Assembly (NCBI GenBank): GCA_029210805.1
Contig: JARGGA010000002.1
Span: forward strand, 1 to 41,872
Origin: Candidatus Thorarchaeota archaeon
GTDB lineage: Archaea; Asgardarchaeota; Thorarchaeia; Thorarchaeales; Thorarchaeaceae
Length of the DNA stretch: 41,872 nt
Reading direction: 5' to 3'
This document shows positions 32,564-41,123 of this stretch, piece by piece. A program made the translations under genes and the position numbers. The notes below the pieces were generated by a model. It was not told where the DNA came from, ran no database searches, and saw only the letters and a program-made list of their open reading frames with translations. The stretch's first letter is position 1, and each line of letters starts with the position of its first letter.

Positions 32564-34540
32564 ATGGTGAAATCACCCATGAAAACAATCAGATGTGTAA
32601 CAATCCTAACCATTGGACTCATTTTCCTAATTGGAATTAATGCACATCCGGTATTCGCTGAAGAAATGACAGTCGTATCCCGCGGAGAACTTTTCACTCT
32701 TACAGCTACACTTTTCTCAAATGGCACCTCTGGAACTCTTCTGCCCAATCAAGTTGTTTACTTCTTTGACCAATCGTACGATGAATTAATGTCATCAGCA
32801 ATCACAGATGGTGATGGAGTCGCTTCTATTGACTACTCTTTTGATCATAGTCATCCTCTTGGACCCACACTTATCAATATCACATTTATTGGAAATGAAT
32901 CAATAGCACTAGCACCCTCATGCCAATGGCTGACACTGATGGTTACTTCGTTGACCACAATTTCCATCACAGCATCAAACGCAGAATACGCTCCTAATGA
33001 CCATTTGAAGTTCTCATCCATATTATATGATGATTCAGGAAATCCTGTCAATAATGCAGAATTATCAATTCTAAGTGATTCCGAATTCATTACATCCGAT
33101 TTAACAAATACAACAGGACATGTTATTTTTGACGTAATTCTTGATTTCACCAATTTTAGCTTGGGACAACATACTATCGATGTCGTCTACGGCGGCGACC
33201 AAAGCAGATTTTATAGAGGATCCACTATTAGCTTTCAGATAACAATTGATCAACTGTCCACTACCATAGAACTAAATGACATAACCAACAATCTAATAAT
33301 GCTCAACCAAACATGGACCGCATCTATACAGCTACTGACTGAAGAAAGTTCACTGGCTTATAGTCCAATAGATCTTCATCTAGATGGTACCTATTTGTAT
33401 ACGCTAAATACAGATGCATTAGGGAGTGCTGAAATACGCCTCCACATAAATCAAACTTTTGAAATCGGCGAACATGTCCTCGTATTCGAGTATCCTGGAA
33501 GTTATCGATATCTTTCATCGGCGACAGATGTGATAATCAATGTAGGAAGTCCAATCTATCTCAATATGACTCCATTGAACTTGGCGGAGATTGGAGGTTT
33601 CTTGAAACTTAGAATTACTGCATACGATCTATACTCTCGGCCATTATCGCATGGTGCTGTCCAAGTTTCAGACAATCTATCAAGTAGCAATGTCACGGCC
33701 ACAATTTCAAATACACCAACGATTGAAGTTCTGTTTCCAGTTCAAGGTGAGATAGGAATTCGAACATTCAAGGCGCAGATTACGAATGGTGTATTATTGA
33801 CTAACAATACCAATTTTCTAATTATTGATATTTTTTCAAGACCTCATATCGAAATATCAGATACCAATATTCTTGGATATGCTTATCCTTCTCAAACATG
33901 GGTTCTATCGGTTCACCTACACGATTATCGCGGCAATCTTAGCAATCGGTTTCTAGAATATTACTTCTCGGGAGTTTCTCAGAGATTAACAGCTATAACT
34001 GGAATTGATGGGATGATTACTATAGAGGTGATTTGCCCTGATTTAGAAGGGGATTATTTCTTACACGTAACATACGAAGGCAACACATCTGAATACGAAC
34101 TGCCTTGTAATCAAACACTTGCTTTTACGGTCAGTCAAAAGATTCCAATCGTAGTATCGCTTGAAAAGTATGAAATAATCACACCATTGAACACAATTGA
34201 AGTCACTCTACGTCTTCAAAGTTTGAATGGGACGTACCCAAAGGATGTAGTAGTCATTTACCAATGGTTGTCCATTGACAGCTCGAAATCTTCTGGTCTG
34301 GATGGATATCTTGACATCCAGCTCCCAATACCGTCCAATTCCGGTGTGCACTCGTTAATGTATGAAATAGCACCTACCAACGGAATATTATCACATTCTG
34401 GCATTATTTACATCATCATTACTTCTACAGACGCAAATGCATCAGAAGGAATTGGGCTATATGGCATCATCATTGGGTTCGTAGGATCTGTGTGCATTTT
34501 TTCCATTCCACTCGTTAGACGTCGACTTATTGTTCACTAA
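32564..34540 (+). CDS. Secreted multi-Ig-like-domain surface protein with a C-terminal TM anchor
   Basis: Signal peptide (TILTIGLIFLIGINAHPVFA). Recurring roughly 100-aa units end in TD..G.a motifs (TDGDGVASIDY, TNTTGHVIFDV, TDALGSAEIRL, TGIDGMITIEV). Many N-x-S/T sequons. The C-terminus is GLYGIIIGFVGSVCIFSIPLV followed by RRRL. Confidence 0.75.
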   Translation: MVKSPMKTIRCVTILTIGLIFLIGINAHPVFAEEMTVVSRGELFTLTATLFSNGTSGTLLPNQVVYFFDQSYDELMSSAITDGDGVASIDYSFDHSHPLGPTLINITFIGNESIALAPSCQWLTLMVTSLTTISITASNAEYAPNDHLKFSSILYDDSGNPVNNAELSILSDSEFITSDLTNTTGHVIFDVILDFTNFSLGQHTIDVVYGGDQSRFYRGSTISFQITIDQLSTTIELNDITNNLIMLNQTWTASIQLLTEESSLAYSPIDLHLDGTYLYTLNTDALGSAEIRLHINQTFEIGEHVLVFEYPGSYRYLSSATDVIINVGSPIYLNMTPLNLAEIGGFLKLRITAYDLYSRPLSHGAVQVSDNLSSSNVTATISNTPTIEVLFPVQGEIGIRTFKAQITNGVLLTNNTNFLIIDIFSRPHIEISDTNILGYAYPSQTWVLSVHLHDYRGNLSNRFLEYYFSGVSQRLTAITGIDGMITIEVICPDLEGDYFLHVTYEGNTSEYELPCNQTLAFTVSQKIPIVVSLEKYEIITPLNTIEVTLRLQSLNGTYPKDVVVIYQWLSIDSSKSSGLDGYLDIQLPIPSNSGVHSLMYEIAPTNGILSHSGIIYIIITSTDANASEGIGLYGIIIGFVGSVCIFSIPLVRRRLIVH

Positions 34541-34550
34541 GAAGGAGAAT

Positions 34551-34628
34551 TGGTGCTCCGGCCGGGATTCGAACCCGGGTCGGGGAATCGAGAACCCCCC
34601 ATGCTTGGCCGGACTACACTACCGGAGC
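34551..34628 (-). tRNA. tRNA-Glu (anticodon CUC), CCA encoded
   Basis: The reverse complement is GCTCCGGTAGTGTAGTCCGGCCAAGCATGGGGGGTTCTCGATTCCCCGACCCGGGTTCGAATCCCGGCCGGAGCACCA. It folds as a cloverleaf with a 7-bp acceptor stem, the anticodon loop TTCTCGA and the T-loop TTCGAAT. It closely resembles archaeal tRNA-Glu. Confidence 0.93.
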
Positions 34629-34747
34629 AAGAAAGTATCCAGCCAGAATATCTCAGAACCGCTAGACTGGATAAATAAGGATTTCCCCAAGATACATACG
34701 TCGATAAAAATTTCAGATATGAATAGTGTACCTATTGATTAAGACAA

Positions 34748-34951
34748 CTAGGGCAAGAGATTCGTTAGACCGTTCCAACTATCCTGAAGCAGTTGTAGTA
34801 GCCCTGATATTGCTTCTTGGGCCCATCCGGTAGCTTGAAGGATTACTGCAATAACGATAGATATTGTGATAACAGCGAGTCCAAGAAGAAGGCTTTCTTC
34901 CACCAAAGGTCCACCGCTTTCATCATCTATAAACGAGGAAGGAACAGTCAT
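34748..34951 (-). CDS. Small Flp/class-III-signal-like pilin candidate (67 aa)
   Basis: A polar leader ends in ESGG. It is followed by PLVEES and about 22 hydrophobic residues (LLLGLAVITISIVIAVIL), resembling the G/xxxxE(Y) prepilin layout. Confidence 0.45.
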   Translation of the reverse strand: MTVPSSFIDDESGGPLVEESLLLGLAVITISIVIAVILQATGWAQEAISGLLQLLQDSWNGLTNLLP

Positions 34952-35032
34952 AGTACTACACCTTACACTAAGATTCTCTAATTGCTATTTAAGCCCCACA
35001 AATGGTTTTTACAACTGGAAAACGCTCTAGTA

Positions 35033-36778
35033 TCATTTTCGAGATGTTTTTGATGTCAATGGATGAGAATTTGACCAGAGCATGTTTCCAATATTTGATA
35101 GATCATTGCTTCCGTCAACAAGTTTCTTCTGAAGGACTTTTACAATAGCATCATATACAACATGATGATTTCCAATCCCCTTTGCATTTGCGGAGTGGTG
35201 AAATGCTCCTTCCTTTGACCAAGAATCACTTACAACGGGGTTTTGTTTGTCATAGATTAAATTCAAACCCTTGAAATCTATAATGCCTCGATTTTCACTT
35301 CGTTTAACTTCTGCTATCTCCTTCACATAACGAAATGATTCACCTGGTCGAGGACGTTCAAGTGTCACAATTATATCCATTAATGCAATACTTGATTCAT
35401 CGATGTTGTGGTTTTTTGTCCAGCGTGTAATGAGACTGAATGCCGAAGAGCTATGACAGGTTTGGATTGAGCACAATCCGGCAGCAATTGAATGGAACAA
35501 AGCATGACTGTGTTGCGCAGTCTGAATTTCTCCTAGTATCAAATAATCCGGAGACCTATGCAAGCTTTTTACGATTTCTGTAGATTTATCAAATGTACCC
35601 CCTGTTTCATCTACAGGATCAACTCTAATTCTAACTTGGTGATGATCTTCATACAGACGACTTTCAATTGCATCTTCTATGTAGATTTTGCGCCATATCT
35701 GTGGTGTTGTTTTATCTAGTGCATTCATTAGAGTAGTTTTACCTACTCCCGGACCTCCAGTAATTGTGACATTCATTCTAGAGTTAATTGCAAGTATAAG
35801 TAGAGCAGCTGCTTCAACACTCAATGTACCGTTTCTTATTAAATCCAATATTGAGTATGGTTCGGAGCGAGCACGCCTAATTTCGAGATGCATTCCTTCC
35901 GCCGCAAGCGGGGGAAGGCTTGCAGATATTCGAAGGGGCACATTGTAGATAGTGATATCCGTCTTCAATGAAGGATTTCTTCTATCTAAGTGCAGATTGC
36001 TTTCTGCCCGTAAGAAAGTCACCAATCGTACAATATCCTCCTCCTTGGGTTTCCAAGATATCAAAATCCGTCCCAATCTGCGGTGGTCAAAATATACCCG
36101 ACTGCCTGGACGATCGAGGTATATCTCTTCAACTTCGTCATCCAAAATAAGTGGGAATAGAAACCTAAGAATCGTGGAATTATGTGCTATTATCTCTGAA
36201 ATGGTGTTTCGTGTAGTGGAATTAATCTCAGGCAATGAGGATTCAATCTTTGTCATTACATCTGCAGACATATCTTGTAGTTTCTGCTGAAGTTTCACTC
36301 TAGTTGATTTCGGTTTTACTGAATAACTTGAAACTTGAGCCAACTCATGTACCAACGAATATTCCAGAGAAGTTCTGGTGCGCGGAACCGCGTGATGCCA
36401 AGCACGGTTAGTTGTTTTATCCTGAAAGAAAAGAGAAACGTATGGACCAACAATGTAAGCATCAACAAGATGTCGTAGATTATCAAATAGGATATTTATA
36501 GAATCCATATAGATTGTTTCCCAACTATTCCCATACCATGGTGGTTCAGTGGGTGATGGTGTACCTTGAACAGGCAAATGAATAAGATTCCTATTGGGTT
36601 CAATGAGAAGAAGTTTCTGCGTTTCAGAAAACTCAGAGGCAACCAGTTCACAACTATGTGAAGCAATACGATGCACACATCCTTCACAACGTGTATCCGG
36701 ACATGTGATTAACTGCATTTCACTCATATACATCCAGGCCTCACACCTGCTACTCCCACGACAACAGAGCGTTTCCAC
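35033..36778 (-). CDS. Type II/IV secretion-family ATPase (VirB11/ArlI(FlaI)/TadA-like) with an N-terminal Cys-rich segment
   Basis: DDEVEEIYLDRPGSRVYFDH, ISASLPP, Walker A ITGGPGVGKTTL, Walker B PDYLILGEIQ and a His-box-like IQTCHSSSA. The N-terminus has CPDTRCEGCVHRIASHSC. The true start may be one of the ATGs 45-60 nt inside the ORF. Confidence 0.85.
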   Translation of the reverse strand: METLCCRGSSRCEAWMYMSEMQLITCPDTRCEGCVHRIASHSCELVASEFSETQKLLLIEPNRNLIHLPVQGTPSPTEPPWYGNSWETIYMDSINILFDNLRHLVDAYIVGPYVSLFFQDKTTNRAWHHAVPRTRTSLEYSLVHELAQVSSYSVKPKSTRVKLQQKLQDMSADVMTKIESSLPEINSTTRNTISEIIAHNSTILRFLFPLILDDEVEEIYLDRPGSRVYFDHRRLGRILISWKPKEEDIVRLVTFLRAESNLHLDRRNPSLKTDITIYNVPLRISASLPPLAAEGMHLEIRRARSEPYSILDLIRNGTLSVEAAALLILAINSRMNVTITGGPGVGKTTLMNALDKTTPQIWRKIYIEDAIESRLYEDHHQVRIRVDPVDETGGTFDKSTEIVKSLHRSPDYLILGEIQTAQHSHALFHSIAAGLCSIQTCHSSSAFSLITRWTKNHNIDESSIALMDIIVTLERPRPGESFRYVKEIAEVKRSENRGIIDFKGLNLIYDKQNPVVSDSWSKEGAFHHSANAKGIGNHHVVYDAIVKVLQKKLVDGSNDLSNIGNMLWSNSHPLTSKTSRK

Positions 36779-37819
36779 TTACACGGCTGAAGACTCTTTC
36801 GCTTCAACAATGCTCTTTATCATACCAAAATGATCACGGATACTGTACTCAGCAACTTCTGTCGCTTGGGATGCAAGCTTCTGAGTTAATACGCAACGTT
36901 TTCCATGTTCAGATGCTAACAAACGATCACTCGCGTACGTAGCAGATACTGTGAATATGAACGGGTTACGACCTCCGCGCTTTGAAGAAGGAACAAGATC
37001 TAAGACAAGGAGTACCTTCGCTCGTAGAAGATTTTCGTAATCGCGAGAAGTCCAACCGCGTGATTCGATTTTGCCTTTTACTTTCGAGTCGTTGATTAAC
37101 ATAGATAAGACTCGTGGAACATAATCTTCTGGCCTCCTAATCTTAGGAGAGTGACCTGTAAGAGACCGTATTTTTAGAGCTTCTCTAACAATTGCCCGTA
37201 CATTTACTCGATGCCCACATTTCTCAAATGTATCTGCAATTTCCTCCAGCGTAATTGGAGCTCCCTCTTTGAATTCGCGAACAGACATCAATAAGCAGAC
37301 TGCTATCAGTAGAATATTATTAGTCACCTTTTCAGGTGACTCGTCTATAATTTTTTTGTAGAGATATGCTGTTCGATCCCGAACCTGCTCGTTAAGCATA
37401 AGAAGTTTAGACACATGATTTAGAGTTCTGAGAGCTCGATATTTAGCCTCATTCTTCCCTATTCGAACCCTCGTACTGTAAACGCTCTTCAATCTCTTGT
37501 ATTTTTTCTGCATAGAACCAGGAAGAGACTGTCCATTGGCATCACGAAAGTACACATCTTTATGAAAACCAATATAGCTTCCAAGCCCATCAACAATATG
37601 CATTCTATTTCCCAAGGAGCCATATACACTGGCATCCGGAGTTCCTGCCTTCTGTTGTTCTCCCATTTGATATGTAGGACTAACATACTCTTTAGAAACT
37701 ACTATACCACAATCAGAACAAACAACAAAACCTCTGTTGATCACGAAAGTGCCAGCGCAGTCTGGGCATACCCCAGAAGAAACATTTGTTTTAATTGATA
37801 CATCGACCAATGACCACAC
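36779..37819 (-). CDS. tfb: Transcription initiation factor IIB (TFB) paralog
   Basis: Zn-ribbon CPDC...CSDCG plus two cyclin-like repeats (ILLIAVCLLMSVREFKEGAPITLEEIADTF and GGRNPFIFTVSATYASDRL...TQKLASQATEVAEYSIRDHF). Divergent from canonical TFB sequences. Its stop directly abuts the secretion ATPase ORF. Confidence 0.85.
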   Translation of the reverse strand: MWSLVDVSIKTNVSSGVCPDCAGTFVINRGFVVCSDCGIVVSKEYVSPTYQMGEQQKAGTPDASVYGSLGNRMHIVDGLGSYIGFHKDVYFRDANGQSLPGSMQKKYKRLKSVYSTRVRIGKNEAKYRALRTLNHVSKLLMLNEQVRDRTAYLYKKIIDESPEKVTNNILLIAVCLLMSVREFKEGAPITLEEIADTFEKCGHRVNVRAIVREALKIRSLTGHSPKIRRPEDYVPRVLSMLINDSKVKGKIESRGWTSRDYENLLRAKVLLVLDLVPSSKRGGRNPFIFTVSATYASDRLLASEHGKRCVLTQKLASQATEVAEYSIRDHFGMIKSIVEAKESSAV

Positions 37820-37992
37820 CCATATTGGTCATTGTATTTGTTTCCTAACTAGATTTCAGAAGGTCATTGTCGGTTCTTCCTACTAATTTGTCCATTTTAT
37901 CGACTACAGAACAACATTGATGGAACATCCAAGGCATGGTGAGAAAGTGAGATGGCCGAAAGTATTTGCCGAAAAGAGATGTGGTCAATAAT

Positions 37993-38367
37993 TCAATTCA
38001 AAGCTAGGAAAATCTTTTCAGAATCGAAAGCCTTTCTTTGTGTAGGCTTTGGAGATGGCATTTCAAACTCCATACGAAGTCCTCCAATTGTTACAACCAC
38101 TTCGAAGTTTTCCGCTTCATTGACTTTGAAAACAGTTCCTTCCGCATAGAGCTTGGCTTTCTCTCCTCGTGGAATTGGTTCGGAGCTAATGGTAACAGCA
38201 ACAAGGTCCTTGACATTAAAAGGATCACAAAGCGCATCAGGAATCTCAAGTGTCAATGTTGCATTCTCCAATTTTGATGTAATCTTTAGCATCTTTAGCT
38301 TCTTTGTTTCTGCATCTTCAATTGAGATGATTGTAGCATCCTTAATTCGGACAGACATTATTTCCAA
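37993..38367 (-). CDS. Rpb8/Rpo8 (RpoG)-like RNA polymerase subunit (OB fold)
   Basis: LTLEIPDALCDPFNVKDLVAVTIS...LYAEGTVFKVNE...VVVTIGGLRMEF...KIFLAL parallels the Rpb8 pattern (LDIN.E.YP...GD...yvMyGkVy...SFGGLLM...yLL). Pattern match only. Confidence 0.5.
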   Translation of the reverse strand: MEIMSVRIKDATIISIEDAETKKLKMLKITSKLENATLTLEIPDALCDPFNVKDLVAVTISSEPIPRGEKAKLYAEGTVFKVNEAENFEVVVTIGGLRMEFEMPSPKPTQRKAFDSEKIFLALN

Positions 38368-38480
38368 GTCTCCAAGTACCTTGTTCTGACATGCTTTCAG
38401 ATGTTAGCGCTGAATTAAACCTGTCGATAAAGTCATGGGGTGTTTTTTAGGCAACATAACGACAACTATCTGGTGATTAC

Positions 38481-41123
38481 TTGCGCCCATATCTATCTGT
38501 CATAATATCACTTGCAACGGTGATAACCTTCTGTTTTGTAGTTCCAGTGTCGGCTCTATATCTCGACTTCGAGTATTTTGAAACTGACCAAATGACCTAC
38601 GAAGTAGGCGAAACAATCAATATGGTTACGAAAATGACTGCGAATTATGATGAAGGTGGCTGGTGTTATATTTCATTTGCAGTAGTTACCGACCAAGGAC
38701 CTGTTTTTGATGACACCTACTCTGTTGACTCATCTCCAGATATCCGATATTTCACTTCATCTTACACAATTATGCCTCAAGATACATCTCCATTTCCCGA
38801 TCCAATAGTCGCGTATGTAATTTTCAATGTTGAAATCTTTGATAAGTATTCACAAGGAGTGAGTGAAAACATTGAAGTCAATATAACAAGAGGACGCGTT
38901 CAAGTCCGACCTCTTACTTCACTATCAATTGAAGCAAACAGTAACGCTTCCCTTTCACTGAGTATGGCAAGTCGATATAATGAAAGTGTGCCATACTCGA
39001 ATCAGGCAGTGTCAGTTGAAATCTACAACATTGAATCCTCACTTGTATTTGAAAATATAACAACTACAGATATACATGGCCATATCCAACTCGAATGGGA
39101 TTCTCTGCCATTTCCTCCAGGAACGTATACAATCCAAGTTAGTGGAAATGACACATCATCATTCCATTCCTTTTCCGATTCACTATATATGAATGTAGAA
39201 CCTGAGATTTCAAGTATCAATATAATTACAGCCACTGAAAGCGTGTATTGTCAAACGCCAAGCGGAATGGATTTCGAATCAGCTAACATTATTGTTGAGC
39301 ATGTGGACAAGAATGCCAATCCGATAGAGAGCTCCAATATTACATGGGAAACTGATTTTTCCAATGGCACATTGATTTCTCTAGGTAATGGAATATACAA
39401 CACAAGCATACCATTTGTAACATCACCAGGTACTTATCTGGTGAACATTAGTGCTTTCAATTCTCAATATCAAAATGCAAGTAACTACGTTTCAGTAGAT
39501 GTCCTTCCTCGAAATATTACAGTTATAATAACAAATCACCAAATTCTCGCTACTCAAAATGTCGAAATCGCTGTCGCACTCATAGATTGGCAGTCTGGAG
39601 AACAAATAGAATCACTTTATGTTGAAATTAGTCTAGTTCTAGGGCTTTGGAATCATAGTGCATCAGAAGTATCTAACTCATCAGGGATAGCGTTATTCAC
39701 AGTAAGCATACCAAGTTCCGAATGGGGCATTGCAGAACTAACCGTGAACGTGACAACATCACTCTATTATAATGAAGTACAGAAAACAACAAACATCGAT
39801 GTTCTCTATATCCCCCAAATAACTAGCGAGATTGTAATATCGCCAGCTCGAAATGAATCTGCACTTGTGAGGCTAATAGTCTTAGATCCTTTAGACTTCC
39901 CTTCTACTGGGATAGAAATTTCTCTCTTAGACACTCAAGGTACTTCGGTAGTGTCTGGATTTACCGATTTGGATGGAATAGCTACTCTGAGCTGGTTGAT
40001 TCCATTTGATGCTCCATTAGGACCTTACAATTACACTATTCTCATTGAAGCAAATTCACAATATGTGCAAACAATTTCGACTCCATTGGAGACTGCAATT
40101 CATTACCCTCTATGGTTGTCATCCACAAATACAACATGGAGTTTTGTTAGAGGGGGCAATACAGAAGTAGAATTTCTTTTGAAATCAGAAGACGGTTTGA
40201 CACAATCTGTTGCCCTTCTCTTAAATGACAGTCTGGGGGAATTTAATGAATACATATTGATACCACTCGGAGTACTCACAAACATATCGATTAACATAGA
40301 GTCCTTCATAACAATAGGACCTCGGTTAATTGAAATCAAGATTTTAGATTCCGACTTTTTACTAATGGGCAATCAATCAATTGACACAATTATTCTTACA
40401 ACAATTACATCGACAATCGATAATATCACAGTATTTCAAGGCGAAAACATGGAATTTGATTTGCTCACATTAGATGACAATATGCAAGAATTGGAATTCA
40501 TAAATGTGAATGTTTACCAGAATGGGAATGACACTCCGTTTGCAACTTTGGAGAATGTAAACACGAACATACGCCAAATCATACCACTCCCTCAGTGGAT
40601 TCTTCCTGGCTCTCAACAGATTATAATAGAGATATTCGGAAACAGCTCGATTCATGAACATAAGTGCCTATCAATTGTGGTAATGATACGAACGTCAATT
40701 ACAATTTCCATTGTTACAGAATATGGAGGGACCATGATTCCGCAAACAGAGTCAATATCATACATTCCTCTGCATCAAGAAACTGCAGTGATAATCTCTT
40801 CAGGCGTAATAAGCAACCCGCCTCCAATCTTGTTCAATGCAACAACTTCTACAGAGGATTTCACAACCCGTGAAATTTCCCCTATCAATTGTCCAAGATT
40901 CAGCTCAGGAACAAGTAATTTCTCTACCGTTTTCGAGAATGATTTCAACTCAGCATCGGGAAATGGCCAAAGAGTTCGTAGTCTAATAGATCTAAAGGAT
41001 GAGTTACTTTCAATCATTGCTTCATCAACGGATCTTGAAGTGCTGCCGAAGGAAACCACGCCCCATTCCGCCTTTTCTGGACCTGAAACGACAACATCTG
41101 AAATAAAATCCTTCTTTGTTTGA
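38481..41123 (+). CDS. Secreted multi-Ig-like-domain surface protein (paralog of 32564-34540), no C-terminal anchor
   Basis: TTG start with GGTGAT 4 nt upstream, and a signal-like VIISLATVITFCFVVPVSA. Repeated TD..G.a motifs (TDIHGHIQLEW, SNSSGIALFTV, TDLDGIATLSW) and many N-x-S/T sequons. The last roughly 115 codons are antisense to korA. Confidence 0.65.
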   Translation: MRPYLSVIISLATVITFCFVVPVSALYLDFEYFETDQMTYEVGETINMVTKMTANYDEGGWCYISFAVVTDQGPVFDDTYSVDSSPDIRYFTSSYTIMPQDTSPFPDPIVAYVIFNVEIFDKYSQGVSENIEVNITRGRVQVRPLTSLSIEANSNASLSLSMASRYNESVPYSNQAVSVEIYNIESSLVFENITTTDIHGHIQLEWDSLPFPPGTYTIQVSGNDTSSFHSFSDSLYMNVEPEISSINIITATESVYCQTPSGMDFESANIIVEHVDKNANPIESSNITWETDFSNGTLISLGNGIYNTSIPFVTSPGTYLVNISAFNSQYQNASNYVSVDVLPRNITVIITNHQILATQNVEIAVALIDWQSGEQIESLYVEISLVLGLWNHSASEVSNSSGIALFTVSIPSSEWGIAELTVNVTTSLYYNEVQKTTNIDVLYIPQITSEIVISPARNESALVRLIVLDPLDFPSTGIEISLLDTQGTSVVSGFTDLDGIATLSWLIPFDAPLGPYNYTILIEANSQYVQTISTPLETAIHYPLWLSSTNTTWSFVRGGNTEVEFLLKSEDGLTQSVALLLNDSLGEFNEYILIPLGVLTNISINIESFITIGPRLIEIKILDSDFLLMGNQSIDTIILTTITSTIDNITVFQGENMEFDLLTLDDNMQELEFINVNVYQNGNDTPFATLENVNTNIRQIIPLPQWILPGSQQIIIEIFGNSSIHEHKCLSIVVMIRTSITISIVTEYGGTMIPQTESISYIPLHQETAVIISSGVISNPPPILFNATTSTEDFTTREISPINCPRFSSGTSNFSTVFENDFNSASGNGQRVRSLIDLKDELLSIIASSTDLEVLPKETTPHSAFSGPETTTSEIKSFFV

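Noticed and set aside
34541-34747. tRNA-Glu as an integration site for a mobile element carrying the pilus-like genes
   Set aside because: I could find no integrase, no direct repeat of the tRNA 3' end, and no compositional break. The flanks carry housekeeping genes.
36771-36780. ORB-like word AAGTGGAAAC (minus strand) at the TFB/ATPase junction
   Set aside because: It is only a 10-nt partial match with no G-string, and it lies within coding sequence. This is likely chance.
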